The notes beneath the pieces are model-generated. The model worked only from the letters and a program-made list of their open reading frames with translations, ran no database searches and was not told the DNA's origin. Shown piece after piece: positions 12,133-24,974 of a DNA stretch of 64,000 nucleotides; the stretch's first letter is position 1, and each line of letters opens with the position of its first letter. The DNA comes from Diadema antillarum (Eukaryota). The translations under genes were made by a program, and so were the position numbers. The stretch spans positions 248,001 through 312,000 of the forward strand of contig NW_027271661.1 in NCBI RefSeq assembly GCF_040938485.1, given 5' to 3'.

Positions 12133-12535
12133 CAGAGACCGCGGAACGTTTTTGAGTTTATGTGTGTGTGTGTGTGTGGGGGGGGGGGGGGGCTGTTATG
12201 GGCGAGAGGGGGAGGGTCAATGGTTACCCCACCCCCACCCCGTCAGGAGGAGTATCTATTTTTTTTTTTTTTTTGATGGGCAGTGTGAAAAAAGGAATCA
12301 ACACCCTTCTTGCTGTCAACAGTCATGGGTCAATGGTTACCCACAGCTTCGACGGGGTAGAATCTGTATAAACAGAATATTCGAAAAGTCAAAATTGTTT
12401 TCAGATTTTTTCTTTTTATATATATTTTTGAAGGGGGGGGGGGGTATCAATAGCCAAAAGTGTGTTTGTGTGTGTGTGGGGGGGGGGGGTGGATGGGGTG
12501 GGGATGGCTGCAGCCCCTTGATTCCGCGGCCCCTG
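12133..12535. mobile_element. hAT-like MITE with G-runs and TG microsatellites
   Basis: TIR CAG(A/G)G(A/G)CCGCGGAA; no TSD detected; internal GGGTCAATGGTTACCC duplicated. Confidence 0.55.
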
Positions 12536-12829
12536 TAAAGTGCATGTGAAGTTCAATGCATACCTATACCTTTCAATAAATATACACATGTAGTTATTAT
12601 CTCACTTGGAAGAATTTCTACAATAGGGAAGTATGCTGCTTGTAGGTGGATTCACAACCGAATAGGAAGTCAACCGCACTAAATAAATCGTCTTTAGCGA
12701 GGATCAGAGGACACACACACAACATTGAGAGAGGGTATTGTGGTGGTACTCACACGTTGGCATCGGTTTGCTGGTATTTATAAGAATATAATGCACTCAC
12801 AGTGAGTGAATATCTTTTGACTGTTTTTG

Positions 12830-13038
12830 ACGGGTACCGTCTTTCTTTGGCAACGCGTGAACTCTTGAGTAGGCGAGCTCGTCCTTGTTGACGTTCACTT
12901 CCACTAGCCTGTTATTCCGAGGAAGTACAGGTTCACGGCAGCCTTCGCGTATATACCGCAGCAGAGGAGCACAGCCAAATTGACAGCACGATCAACAGGT
13001 AGTGCATTGGGAAGTACGCCCAGTCTTGGTAAATGAAG
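12830..13038 (+). promoter_or_regulatory. Candidate WAVE promoter and non-coding first exon
   Basis: CpG-rich segment with GTATATA at ~12949 and a consensus donor AAG|GTGAGT at 13039; start site inferred. Confidence 0.35.
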
Positions 13039-13934
13039 GTGAGTATAGTGATAGTGTAAGTAATGGCTGAAATGGGATCATTTTGCATCGGCACAACATT
13101 GTTAACTATGCCTTCCTTTTATATGCTTGAATTGATTACGCATAATCTACATAATTATTATAATGTAGCGCGTGCCTTTGCGCTTCAAGGGTTCAGTGGA
13201 ACACTAATCAAAGCGGCTACTTTTGGGACTTTGAGAGAAGAATTGTAGCATTATATTGAAGTCTGAAAATATATGAAATGTTTACTCTTCATATGTGATT
13301 ACTGCTTGACCGTCAAACGAAATAGCTCTAAAGGAATCCAGAGGAGAAAAAATAAACAAACAAACCCGACAACCATTTCTGTATGAACAACTGAGCAAGG
13401 GGCATATGAGTTTATGAAACCTATAAATTTTCCTGCCACATTGTTTTGTCTCCTCTATCTCTCTCCTTTCTTTCTTCTCACCAAGCCTGACCCTGTATCT
13501 GGTAGGTGTGCAATTTTGTATGAAATGTTAGTGCCTGATGTTACAATATCTTCTTCGTAATGAACAGTGGTTTGAGTAATATCAAAGAAAACTTCACATG
13601 TATGCTGAGCCTTTGTCCCTTTATACTGTTGCTGCATGTATCCCAGTGTATGAATGTCATAATATCTTCCTGAAGTCCACCATCGAAAGCGATAGTTCTC
13701 TCGCCACATCAGAGCTAATAATTCCTCTGACAGTTAATTATCATACTCCAAGGTAATGACATCTATCTCTCTCCATCTGTGACTAAAGACTACAGGTTTC
13801 ACAAGATGGTCAAAACGTGAAGTGAAAGGGTGCTTTGATTCTTTATCCACAAGCATAGCGTTGCACTCCTCATTCAGTTTCCTTTGGCTACGCTCATGGC
13901 TGCTGATTACTTTCGATACTTCCTACTTGCACAG

Positions 13935-14033
13935 AAGACGCAGTCTACGATCTCACCGAGATAGCTGCTTGACTATCGTTTATTGGGATCCGGGATTTAG
14001 GGTAAGTCAGAGGTAGATAACTAGGGAGTCAAG
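13935..14033 (+). other. 5' UTR portion of WAVE coding exon 1
   Basis: Strong pyrimidine tract + GCACAG acceptor at 13934; also holds an internal consensus donor AGG|GTAAGT at 14002. Confidence 0.5.
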
Positions 14034-14301
14034 ATGCCGCTGATAAAGAGAGAGGTCGAGCCTGTCTTCGTAAGTCAGCTCGACATCGGAAAGGACATCG
14101 ACAATGAGCTCGAGTGCGTCAGCAACTACACCCTGGCCAGCATCATCCGCCAGCTGGGCAACCTGAGCAAGCACGCCGAGGACATCTTCGGCGACCTGTT
14201 CCAAGAGTCGATGGCCATCTCGACCCGAGCCGGCAACATTCAGAACCGCATGGACGCCATAAGCCGGGCCGTGAGCCAGATGGATCCGCTCAAGGACACG
14301 G
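14034..14301 (+). CDS. WASF: WAVE/SCAR family protein, coding exon 1 (N-terminal WHD/SHD)
   Basis: MPLIKREVEP...NELECVSNYTLASIIRQLGNLSKHAEDIFGDLF matches the WAVE homology domain; donor G|GTTAGT, phase 1. Confidence 0.95.
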
Positions 14302-15790
14302 GTTAGTATACAATACTTTGAATTAAAAGTAAATCCTGTCATGTGTTTCTTTGTATTCATACTTTTCTCGTCTATTTATATCTATGTAGGTATTGACAAT
14401 TGACATACCACCATAACACAAAGTACAGTTGTATCAACACAACGCACGCCCAGACACACACACGCAGACACACACACACACATATGCCCACAAATACACG
14501 TCTGTCTGAGGCATTAAAAATCAAACTATTGAAACTATATATTAAATGATATCTATACGTACATGTTATATATTATGAAACATAATCATGTCTACCTCTA
14601 CACAGTAATCTCCTCAATCATCTATTTATTCCTATCGCAGATGACTTCTTTATGCCCTCGACCAAACTGTTCACGTTCGTAGATCCCGTCAATAAGCTTC
14701 GTATACTGCTCTGATGCTCGGCCATCCAATCTCCCTTCATTATACTCTATTATTATCCATATATTACATTTGAGCCTACGCTTTCGTTGCGTTTTGCCTA
14801 TCTAGCAGGTTGACATTATCTGTATCTCCGTTAGAGAAGCCTCTAATTCCTTCATTATTAGTATAGGAGTAATGTCTGTATCCAGGAGAGACGTTTAAAT
14901 CAGAAAACCCTCTTTAAAAGCGATTTTCTTCTCATCACCATATGAGTCCATCATGGCAGTGTCGGCTCATTATGCGATATCAGCAATAATCTTCATGGAC
15001 TTGATCTAAATTCTAAGGAGCATGCTTAGCCGTTGGATACAGAGACACAAATCCCACGTTTCCGGTCACATGTAATAAAATGCTAACGAGCAATTTCTAA
15101 TTGTTTTTTTTTTCGAGCTGTTTGATTTTTAGCTTTGTTTGCTCTCTATAAGTTCCTCTATTGCCTTCCAACTTCTTTCTCTCAAAGAAATTGCAGAGTG
15201 AAGAAAGCTATGGGGGAAACTGTAAACGATAAGAAAAGAAATTGTTTTGATTTTCCTGAGTCTACCATCAGGAGAAAGTTTCATGACATGTAAAAAAAAA
15301 AATGACGTAAATCGAAAAAAAAAAAAGATCAGCCATCATTGGTAATCAATCGTCAGTTACACATTTTATGGTACAGAAACCTAACAACTGGAAAGTCAAA
15401 ATTAATACCACGGAGGTGGAATAACCTCCCTGGTAATACAAAACCAATATGTGATCAACCAAACAACCAGCCAACCAACCAACCAGCCAACCTACCATTC
15501 AACTAATTAACCAACCAGCACTCAAACAAGCAAGCAAGCCAGTAGTGTAGGCACGGTCAGACTGGCAAAAGATCGAAAGAAATTTAAAATTGCGATCTTG
15601 AAGATCTCGAATCTTTTGACTTCTAGAGAAACTTCCCACTCAAATTAAGGATATCCCCTCCCATGCCACCCCTCAAAAATTCTCAATCTTTTGCTAGTCT
15701 GACCGCGCCTTTTAATGTACGCATCCACCTGAGTGGTTATCCATGGAAGTTACTTAATTCCCTTATATCCTTCGATATCTATCATTCTAT

Positions 15791-16380
15791 TTCAGTTCAG
15801 TTCAGTTCAGTTCAGTTCAGTTATTTAACACTTGGCATAAAACATACAAAGATACATCACGAAATAAGACAATACAAAGATCATGACACTTGTACAGAAA
15901 AAGGAGAAATTATGCAAGTGTAAGGAATCAGCAGAAAGGCCGAGGCCTTATATAAAAGCTGAGACCCTGAGATAATCATAACACTTATAACCTAAACGCA
16001 ATACACATACAAACACACACACACACACACACACTCACACACACACGCAGTAATCACATAACACTATACCTGGATGGAATTACAATGTACAAAATACCTG
16101 ATCATACACGCAGACAATGTTCCAATCTTATAAATGATATAATTTCCTATGAAAATTATTACACATTATTTAACAAATATTGTTTATATCTCCTTTTAAA
16201 ACAGTTTAAACTTTGACTTTTCTGGATAATTTCTGGCAAATGATTCCAAATAAGCGGTCCTGAGAAAAATACAGATCTCCTATACACAGATGTTCTAATT
16301 TGTGGCAAATGAAAATGATGTAAATTTCTTGTATTATAACTATAAACACTTTTATTCATATTTGTCGATCTCTCCATTTA
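15791..16380 (-). mobile_element. 5'-truncated L2/Crack-like LINE 3' end
   Basis: YNTRNLHHFHLPQIRTSVYRRSVFFSGPLIWNHLP...SLNCFKRRYKQYL is the C-terminus of L2/CR1-group RT ORFs; followed by a 3' UTR and an (AACTG)n tail. Confidence 0.85.
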
Positions 16381-16555
16381 AATTTCTATATATCACTGCC
16401 ATTCTTTCTAAACCTGTGATTCTGCAGGTCTATTCTGCTTGCTTGCCTCCCTTCCTTCCTTGTTCCCATTTTTTTCTTTTGGTTTATTGTCAAATTCCTT
16501 TGCTCATTGGCAAAGTCTCAAGACTTTTGACTCCTTGGAATAGTGATCGTTGAGC

Positions 16556-16594
<39 letters not shown>

Positions 16595-19440
16595 CGCGCG
16601 CTTGGGGGTATTTCATTACGTGTCAAGCACTTTAGAATCTTTAGCAGAAGAGGATCAATGTATAGGAGAGGCATGTTTCACAAGTCATAATTAAGTCAAA
16701 CTTGATATGCTCTTAAATTTTGATACAGTAGAAATAATAATTTACTGCCAATGAAGGATGTCATAAATGTGTAGGACAACGCAAGGAAGCTTGTACATGC
16801 CGTGAGAAGGCGACATGTTGTAACTTGGCTATAGGTGCCTTGTTTCGGACGAGAGGGCCACTATTCAAGCTTACCTTCATAAATCTCATAAAAGAGTTCT
16901 TCTTCAACAATGGGATTTATTACAAGTCACCTTCTGGCCCTTGACAATGCTCATCGGCGAGTTGGAGCAAATCGCTCTTTCACCAATACGTCATGACTGA
17001 AACACCTATGCGAATCACAACAAATCGTCTTCTGGCGTTCTCATTTCAAATACGTCTCTTCTAGAAAAAAAAATTTCAAGCAATATGTTCTTGTTGTTTG
17101 CCTTATAAGAACTATATCAACGTACAATAGAGTAAGCAGTCGCAAAACACGACGCATTGTGTGACGATATGGCACAAATATCATGTTTATCAAGAAATGA
17201 ATTATAACTGCAAATGCTAATCATAGGTAAAATGATCGCAATACAGATCGATGAAAAGAAAAAAAAAGAAACAAAGAGCTCCTCAGAAGCAGTAAAATAC
17301 AAAGATGGATCACTTGGAACTTCGACGTTTTTATTTTACACCACTTGTGGAGTGTTGAATCGTTGAATCAAAGAGGTACTCGCGTAGTAGGCCTATACCT
17401 CCTTGGTTGAGGTGTACCCGACATGCATACGGGTGATAATTATGTAAGATGATGTCGTAAAGTAATCACGACTACTGCTTTATGCAAATCCGTATTTCTA
17501 AAATGCCCTGTAAATGCACGAACGTTACACGCAGATCAAGCGGAGGTGGACGAAATTGGCGGTCATTACTGTATTCTTATCAAGTAGAATAGGAAGATGT
17601 TGCGTGTACATCATCCGATGACCTACCTTATGTATTTCAACTCTCCAAACTTTTGTCCAGTCTGTTTCACCCCTTGTACCCTCTTGATTAAGAAAACAAG
17701 GAAAATGCGTCCATTTTTTGAAAGTATAGGTTGGGGCAATTGGTCTCGTCAGATAGAACCACGTGTAATAACGTCGCATTTCAAAGCGATGCTCAGACTT
17801 TGAAGGCAAACACCTAAAGCCACATTTTTTCCCGAATTAAAATTTCAAATGTCTGTTTCAAGATTTACACGTACGGTTCCATAAATTTTATATCGAAAAG
17901 AAGAACAACACCCACACCCATTGTTACTTCCTGTCTTAAAGAGAACGATTTGTATTACATCTTATCCGCACTGAGAAGAATGTGCTGCTTAATACTGACG
18001 ATCATTTCTTATCTCTGTCCGATAAATTATGTGAATATATTGCAGTCAAACAATATTTGGGCAGTTTTCATAATGATGCGAATTTATGGAACTTTAAGAG
18101 TTTCACATTATTGATATTGGTTACACGCACATTTGAAAATTAAACCTACTAGTATATGAGATAATTATGATTTCACCATAAACATGTTTCCCACTAACTT
18201 GCTTATTAATCAACACTATAATTATATACTTCTTTGTCAAAATGAAATACACAGTTTGCTAACTGAACTATTGAAGTATCTTTGGCAACAAACTAGGTTA
18301 CGTGACAAGAATGACTTTCAAGGGATACGGTTCAAAGTTTCTAAATTGCTGACAAAAGTAATGGCATGTTTTATTTATTCCTGTATTATATTCGTGAACT
18401 TGTTTATTCATCACTTTAGTTATTTATATTATTGATATTTTCAATCAGTGATTTATATCAAAATTATTTATCTATTCATTTGTATCAGTTTAATTCAGTG
18501 TCCTAGTTTCGATACTATACACCTCCTAAAGCAATGTGGTTACGACCCTGTGGTACATGACTGATTTCATTTTAGTGTAACATTGCAAAAGTGCAGCAGT
18601 AAAGTTGTCCCCAGTATATTTGACCCTGCAGATGCCCCCTCCTGAGATGCACCCCCCCCCAATCATTAAGAGTGGAGCAGTCTGCAAGTAGCTTAATTTG
18701 CATATTTAATCCCAAGCCAGTCAAGAGCTGCTAGAGAGTTCTTTGTGGGTGCACAAAGACCCCAAATTTGCCATTGTTCTAGCTGCTCTACCAAGGTGAA
18801 CATCTCCCACTGAGCATCTCCTCAAATCTGAAATTTGCCCAGAAAATCTGCAGCCCAAAGGTATGTTTCTGTATCTTTTATCGATTTCCTGTTAGTTCCA
18901 TTCACAGAATATAAATACTGAAAGTTGTATACATGTTCAACTTGATTTAAGGGTAATATTTAAAGTATTGATGATGAAAGTTTCCAACTCATGCAAGTTT
19001 GAGTGTTGTACTGTACAACTTGTGCATAGTTATATGTTATATGACTGGAGGGAATAAGTGAACAAAATTGAACTTGTGTTAGTCATATATATTAGTAACA
19101 TGTTACATTGTAGTACAGAAATATATGATGCGTGCTAAGGTAGTATACATTTATATATTTGTAGCTAGAGTATGCGTTAGGTAGTAGATCAAACTTTTGA
19201 AGAGTTCAAAGAGTTGTCTCACAGGGTATACCATGCTATGTTGCAAGGAACTTTGAGATGCAAGAACAAAGGACTAGTTGTTTGTACTTGATGCTAAGCT
19301 GTGTGTGGCTGTGTGTATGAAAGAGAGTGTGTATATATTCCACCTCATAGGGCAATGTGTAGGCCTACTGATTACTACATGGAAGCATATATATGCAAAT
19401 TAGATGGAAGTTTGGATGTGAGTGGAGAGTGCAAGCTGGC

Positions 19441-19541
19441 AGAGAGAGAAAGAGTGAGGTGGAGAGGGAGAGACAGGATGAGAGAGATTGGAGAGAGAGA
19501 GAGACAGGATGAGAGAGACTGGAGAGAGAGAAGGAGAGAGA
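19441..19541. repeat. GA-rich purine tract
   Basis: Direct reading; imperfect (GA)n. Confidence 0.8.
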
Positions 19542-19688
19542 TTGGTTACCTCAGTGTGCGTGTGTGTAGGAAGGCGTTGTACATACATTGTATATATCTG
19601 TGGAATTAGGTAATAGGACATAGTGCAGAGTGCAATGGCACAGAGTGCAGTGACTTTGTGTGCCTACTCTCGCTGACCAGTCCCTCTT

Positions 19689-19702
19689 GTTACTATGGCA
19701 AC
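19689..19702. promoter_or_regulatory. RFX X-box motif in WAVE intron 1
   Basis: GTTACTATGGCAAC fits RTHNYYWTRRNRAC at every position; TCAGT Inr-like motif about 10 nt downstream. Confidence 0.55.
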
Positions 19703-21604
19703 GAGATAAGACTCAGTACAGCCAAGGAAGGAGTGTGCTTTGTACACATGCACTGTATGGCTGAATACTTTGTTACCTTAGTTCTCCTTGTTTAAGTAGA
19801 GTTGTGGACAGGTGAAGTTAATACTTTTTTTTTGGATATCGGTTTGCCAATTTCATTAATAGTGTTTTAGATGCCACATATGTACCTTAGTTGTATATTA
19901 TTCATCGTTTGGTAAGAGTGCAGAATAAGATTAGCCATTTATGTATTTATGAAGCAAATTTCAAGTTGCATGGCTTTTGGTCAAAGAAATAGTATGAACT
20001 TGGATTTATGGCTTTTTGTAGCATTTCTTAACTTATATGATCTTGTGCATTCTTCTGTCAAACTGATTGTTTAACAACTTATTTGGTTTACGACACATGA
20101 AACTATATCTCCAAAACAGTGGTATATTGTAAGCCGATTTCTGTTAGAGTTTTGATGTTCTTTTGCCACTTGTAGTTTGTCCATATGTTTATTGTTTCAT
20201 GCTGTGTTATTAATTTACTAGGTTCTGCAAACGTGGGGCCAACAGAATTCCTGTAATTCTGTAACTGGACACTCACTTGCCAGTTACTGTACATTCCTTA
20301 TGAGCACAGGCTAGGTAGCCAGGGTGAGTCTCATAAAGATGTTTTGTTGGTTTATTAGATCATTTGTGTCAACATGTATTTTCCAGACAGTGAGTAGAGT
20401 TTCTGTAATTCTATACTTGTCTATGTTTCAGTTGGATTATCTGTAATCCAGAGCTATGATTATTTCTATGGTTTTAATGGTTTCTCATGCTTTACTTGCA
20501 TTTAGCTATGATGAATGGGAAATAGTGTTTAGTATGGAGAGACTAGTTGATGTGTCAGACTACAAAGATACAATCATTATGGAATATTGAATATAATGTA
20601 TTGGTAAACATTGTTAACGCCTAGTTTACAGTTTACTGATATGGAAGTCTTCTTGACGTCACATTCTTTTTGCTTTGTATTTTGTTATCTTCACTTCTGT
20701 TGAGTGAATGATGGGTTTGATAGTCTTTTACATACACTGTTTCATATGGACTTATGCAGTGATGCATTGTGATTTGATAGCTGGCTTAGCTGAGAATTCT
20801 CATTGAATCATTCTTTTCTTTTACATGGTTACATACTATGATGTATTGTTGAGTAAACATCATACGTTCAGTTTGTTATTCACAGTACATGATGCCTCTT
20901 TGGTACAGTAACTCATGTTATTTATCTTTCTCTATGTTGAACGTGTTTATGAACGTGTTTCAATAACTTGTAAATATTCATTTACTTGTTTTCTGTTTGT
21001 TTACTCCAAACACAGGTTTTTCCTTTATTTACTTTTGAGCGGAATAAAAAGAGATGAAACGTAACTTCGGCCTATGAGTGCGTTTATCCTGCGTCACATT
21101 AGCATTAAAAAAAAAACAAACAAACAAACTTTCGTACCATAATGGATGGCTTTGACCAAACCTCCACTATTCGGTTTAGTTGAGTGTTACTATTTCTGTT
21201 CAATTGAATCAACTCGAGCATAGGGCATTGTAGAGTGAATTCCTATCTGAAATGATGGTATTCGTCCTTTCGTCCACTTGAAAGGAAACACTCACTGGAC
21301 ATTTTACTTCGTTACTCATCATGGGCCATTCTCATTAGTAAACCACGTGATCATTCCCCCTTCTTGTCAGTGTTCACAGGAAAGAAAATGTTCTGCGGTT
21401 AATAGAGCAGAGCGCTCGATATTTAACATCGCGGCGAGGAACAGTACACCTGTCCGTCTGCCGCCGTTGATGAGTTGAATAAGAATGTGATAATGTTGTC
21501 TGCAATAAAAGTCTAGACAATTTGCTCGGAATCCCATGCATTCTCGATTAGAATGTGCCAGAATTTAATCGCTTGTCGCTTTTCGCATGTCCGGAACGAG
21601 CCTT

Positions 21605-21863
21605 GAAGATAAAAATAATAAGGTCTCGCTTTGAATATCCAGGGTAGCCTTTTCAGAGTTGCCACTGTTCGACCATAGGGCCCTGCCATCATTATTACCC
21701 TAGCGTTGCCACGTACCCATTTATAGAGAGGGAGGTACCCATGTATCGAGAGGGACATGGTGGGTAAAAACATCTTGTCCAAGGACGTAAGCACTGGGCG
21801 AGAATCGAACTCAGGTCCTCCGATTGGGAGTCGGGAGTCTTATCCACTATGCCACAGCGCCCC
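21605..21863 (-). mobile_element. tRNA-derived SINE
   Basis: Head GGGGCGCTGTGGCATAGTGG (A box) ... GAGTTCGATTC (B box); central CCTTGGACAAG...TATAAATGGGTAC resembles MetaSINE-type conserved cores (recalled, unverified). Confidence 0.85.
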
Positions 21864-22465
21864 CACAGCGCCCCTAAGACAACAACACGTAAACAACAAC
21901 GGAATAAAACCCGACGTATGACGCTATATAAACCCTTTATACGATATAACTTTCAGACTGAAAGTCTCCAAGAGAACCAAGTGTCCATGACATATACCAC
22001 TATAGTTGTACGTGATAACTGCACCACCTCTCTGCCAAAATGTGCCCGCTATTATATAGGATGTTGAAGCACACCACACTTTGTCTTTATGCAGCATGAC
22101 CCACATAATAATATTGTGCATCTAAATTGAAGAGGAAGAGCAATTCACAATTGAGCAATTAAAAAACTCCCGTGGGAAAGAGTGTCTACGGGATCATTCG
22201 AAGATGAAGTATATAATACGTGTAGAAAAAGGAGTAAACGGCACAGGCTCGCGCCTTATTGACATAAAGCGAGGTCGGGGAAATCCCTCAAATCTCCCTC
22301 GAGAATGAAATCAGATTATTAGGCCACCACATGGAGAAAAAGGAAATTCCGCAAAATGTTTTGGTGCTTGTACTTGTATACAAAACAAAATGAAGTTCAC
22401 TAAGTGTTAAGGAAATTCAAGTTGACTTGATGGGAATTGTTATACCCTGTTTTGTTTGTATTTAT

Positions 22466-22509
<44 letters not shown>

Positions 22510-22780
22510 AATCTAACATGTATAATAGTGTTCTGGTATCAACGCACTCTTACTGTGTGACCTGACGAAATGACTGTAGCATGTGGGAGCTGATATCGAC
22601 TGGCTAGTCTGTCATTCAGATTCGATGTTTCATTTAGATTTCTCACGTTTGAAAATCGAAAAAAAATTCCCTTGAGCACCAATACGACAAGTATGCATAT
22701 TTATTACTTATTATTTATCTTTTTATTCACAACATCTTTTAAGAGGTACGTTCTGTTCAGTTCTGCTTATACCCACCGAA

Positions 22781-22835
22781 CCTCGGGCCTTCATCAGTGT
22801 ATACAATGACGACGGTCCGAGGCGGGCCGAAAATT
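22781..22835. ncRNA. Inverted pair of degenerate minimal hammerhead motifs (Penelope-like pLTR), cut by an N-gap
   Basis: - strand CTGATGA-A-GGCCCGAGG; + strand ATGACGA-C-GGTCC-GAGGC-GGGCC-GAAA-ATT; centred on the palindrome TGTATACA. Confidence 0.55.
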
Positions 22836-23067
22836 NNNNNNNNNNNNNNNNNNNNNNNNNNNNNNNNNNNNNNNNNNNNNNNNNNNNNNNNNNNNNNNNN
22901 NNNNNNNNNNNNNNNNNNNNNNNNNNNNNNNNNNNNNNNNNNNNNNNNNNNNNNNNNNNNNNNNNNNNNNNNNNNGTATCTATTTGCATTTATCTTTTTT
23001 TTTGTACACATAAGTTGACATCATTTTTTTTTCAGTACAATTTTCCTCGTCCTCGTTTTATTTGCAG

Positions 23068-23221
23068 TATCAATGCGAGACATCAACACCCGGATAAACT
23101 TCAAGAGTGGCCTCATCATGGATACCAAGGTCGTGTCTTCGCCCACCATGCCGTCAGCTATGAAGGAGACGTACGAGCGATGCCAGAAGCCGCCACCTCT
23201 TAACCTTCTCAGCAAATACAG
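23068..23221 (+). CDS. WASF: WAVE/SCAR coding exon 2 (WHD meander)
   Basis: TTGCAG| ... AG|GTAGGC; (V)SMRDINTRINFKSGLIMDTKVVSSPTMPSAMKETYERCQKPPPLNLLSKY(R) aligns with WAVE LSLQDI...[20 protein letters not shown]; phase 1/2. Confidence 0.95.
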
Positions 23222-24974
23222 GTAGGCCCTACATACTCGTATATCTATCTATATGTATACATTTATGAATATATATATAAGTATATATTTCTATAATTCA
23301 TACTCTCTGAAAGATCGCACATCCTGAATTCACCGGGGATGGGGTTTGCAGGAAACCAGCTGGAAACGGAAGGAAGGGAAAAAGGCACATAAAGAACGAT
23401 GTGTTGACATGCCGAACCTTTTTCGGAATCACACTGACAGGCAAAAAAACAAAACAAAACACAATCAAAACCTACACAAAACATGAAAACAAAAACAAGC
23501 ACGCACGCATTTCATATTCAAACACGATATATTAACACTCACAGACACTCACCCGAATATGCACGCGTGCATTAAAAAGAAAAGAAAAAAAACACACACG
23601 AAAGTTTTCCTTTTCCATTGACAACAGGACAAATAGAACTGAATAAAGCATAGAAGGACTCCATGATTGTTGATGAGACACGTATTATGGTGAGATATGA
23701 ATTTAACACATAGAACTCTGCAAACTAACCTACCACCTTCATAGACAAAATTCAAAGTTTCTTTATCTTGTGGCATGATTTTTTTTTTTTTGGGTCTCCC
23801 TCCGTACATTGAGTCAGCAGTTGCAATCTTACAAATTTCGTTTGTACAGAGACAAATTGCAGAAAACTCATTGCACATGTCTTTTCCCATCTGCTTAATA
23901 ATCTCTTACCTTTATCTCATTAGATTTTAATGATGTTGTTTGTTTATTTGTGTGTTTGTTTGTGTTTTCAACCAATATCAAAGCTACCAGTAGCAGCGAT
24001 ACATATACCTCATATCATTTTCAGAATGGAAACCTTGTCAAGACAATGCTTTTGATTAATGGTATTGTGGAACTTGAGTCACCTGAATTTGATTAACGCG
24101 TAATTACGCGTGATGACCCTGCCACCATGAATACCGTCCCCAATATTGCCGATAGAGGCATCAGAGGTATTTCAAACGTCTTCTTCAAAGATGAGAGCAC
24201 CGAAAGGGGTTCGAACAACCCAGTCCTCCTAATCCACAATATAGGGGGATTCTTCCACCTTAGTCCTCTCGCTCCCGCTCAGTTGATGAGGCAGAACCGA
24301 TCTAGATAATGACAGATGATTTATAAGTCGAGATTTATATTACGAGATACCATTAATCAATGTATTTATAATCATTTCCATTTTTAGCTTTCAGTCTTTC
24401 CTTGCGATCAAGTGAACTCAAATTGAACCCACAGAAAAGATAAGATAGGGCTATACTCTTACTCACTGCAGTGCTAACCGAGTAATGCGTTTGCACAACT
24501 GCAGCAGTGATAAGTGAAAACTCAGGCAATCGGATAAGATTGACACTGCCTTACGACGTACAAGACTAAAACTTTTCAGACAAAAACACATGAAACGAGC
24601 ACGATGTTTTGGGGAGATTGTTATAGAAATAAATCGATTTGACCCCAGGTGACCCCTCAAAGAGAGAGAGAGAGATAGACAGACAGAAAGACAGACAGAC
24701 AGACAGACAGACAGCAGACTGACGGACAGAGACAGACAGACAGGCAGATAGAGAAAGGAAAGCCGCTCTACAAATCGAGCTACAACGTGATAACAACTAT
24801 TGCTACTCACCACACACTATATCTATACGATAGAAAATTCTTGCCGGTAAAATATGCGTAATGAAACTGGTTGAACTCTATCAGAGTGCTCTCATTCATA
24901 TTATGAATGAGATAATGCAATTTCACATGGAAAGCACACCTTTTTTAAACTGTTTTTCTTCTTTTCAATTGCAG

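Noticed and set aside
14007-14360. Antisense and alternative-frame ORFs over WAVE exons (also 26030-26894, 28403-28730) and MOB4 (313-540)
   Set aside because: Shadows of GC-rich coding exons.
16875-17010. Minus-strand exon with a strong GAAG|GTAAGC donor (similar donors near 24470 and 24811)
   Set aside because: All frames closed from the best acceptor; an antisense lncRNA cannot be supported from sequence alone.
21790-21863. tRNA gene
   Set aside because: Has A/B boxes but no acceptor-stem closure and continues into a SINE body.
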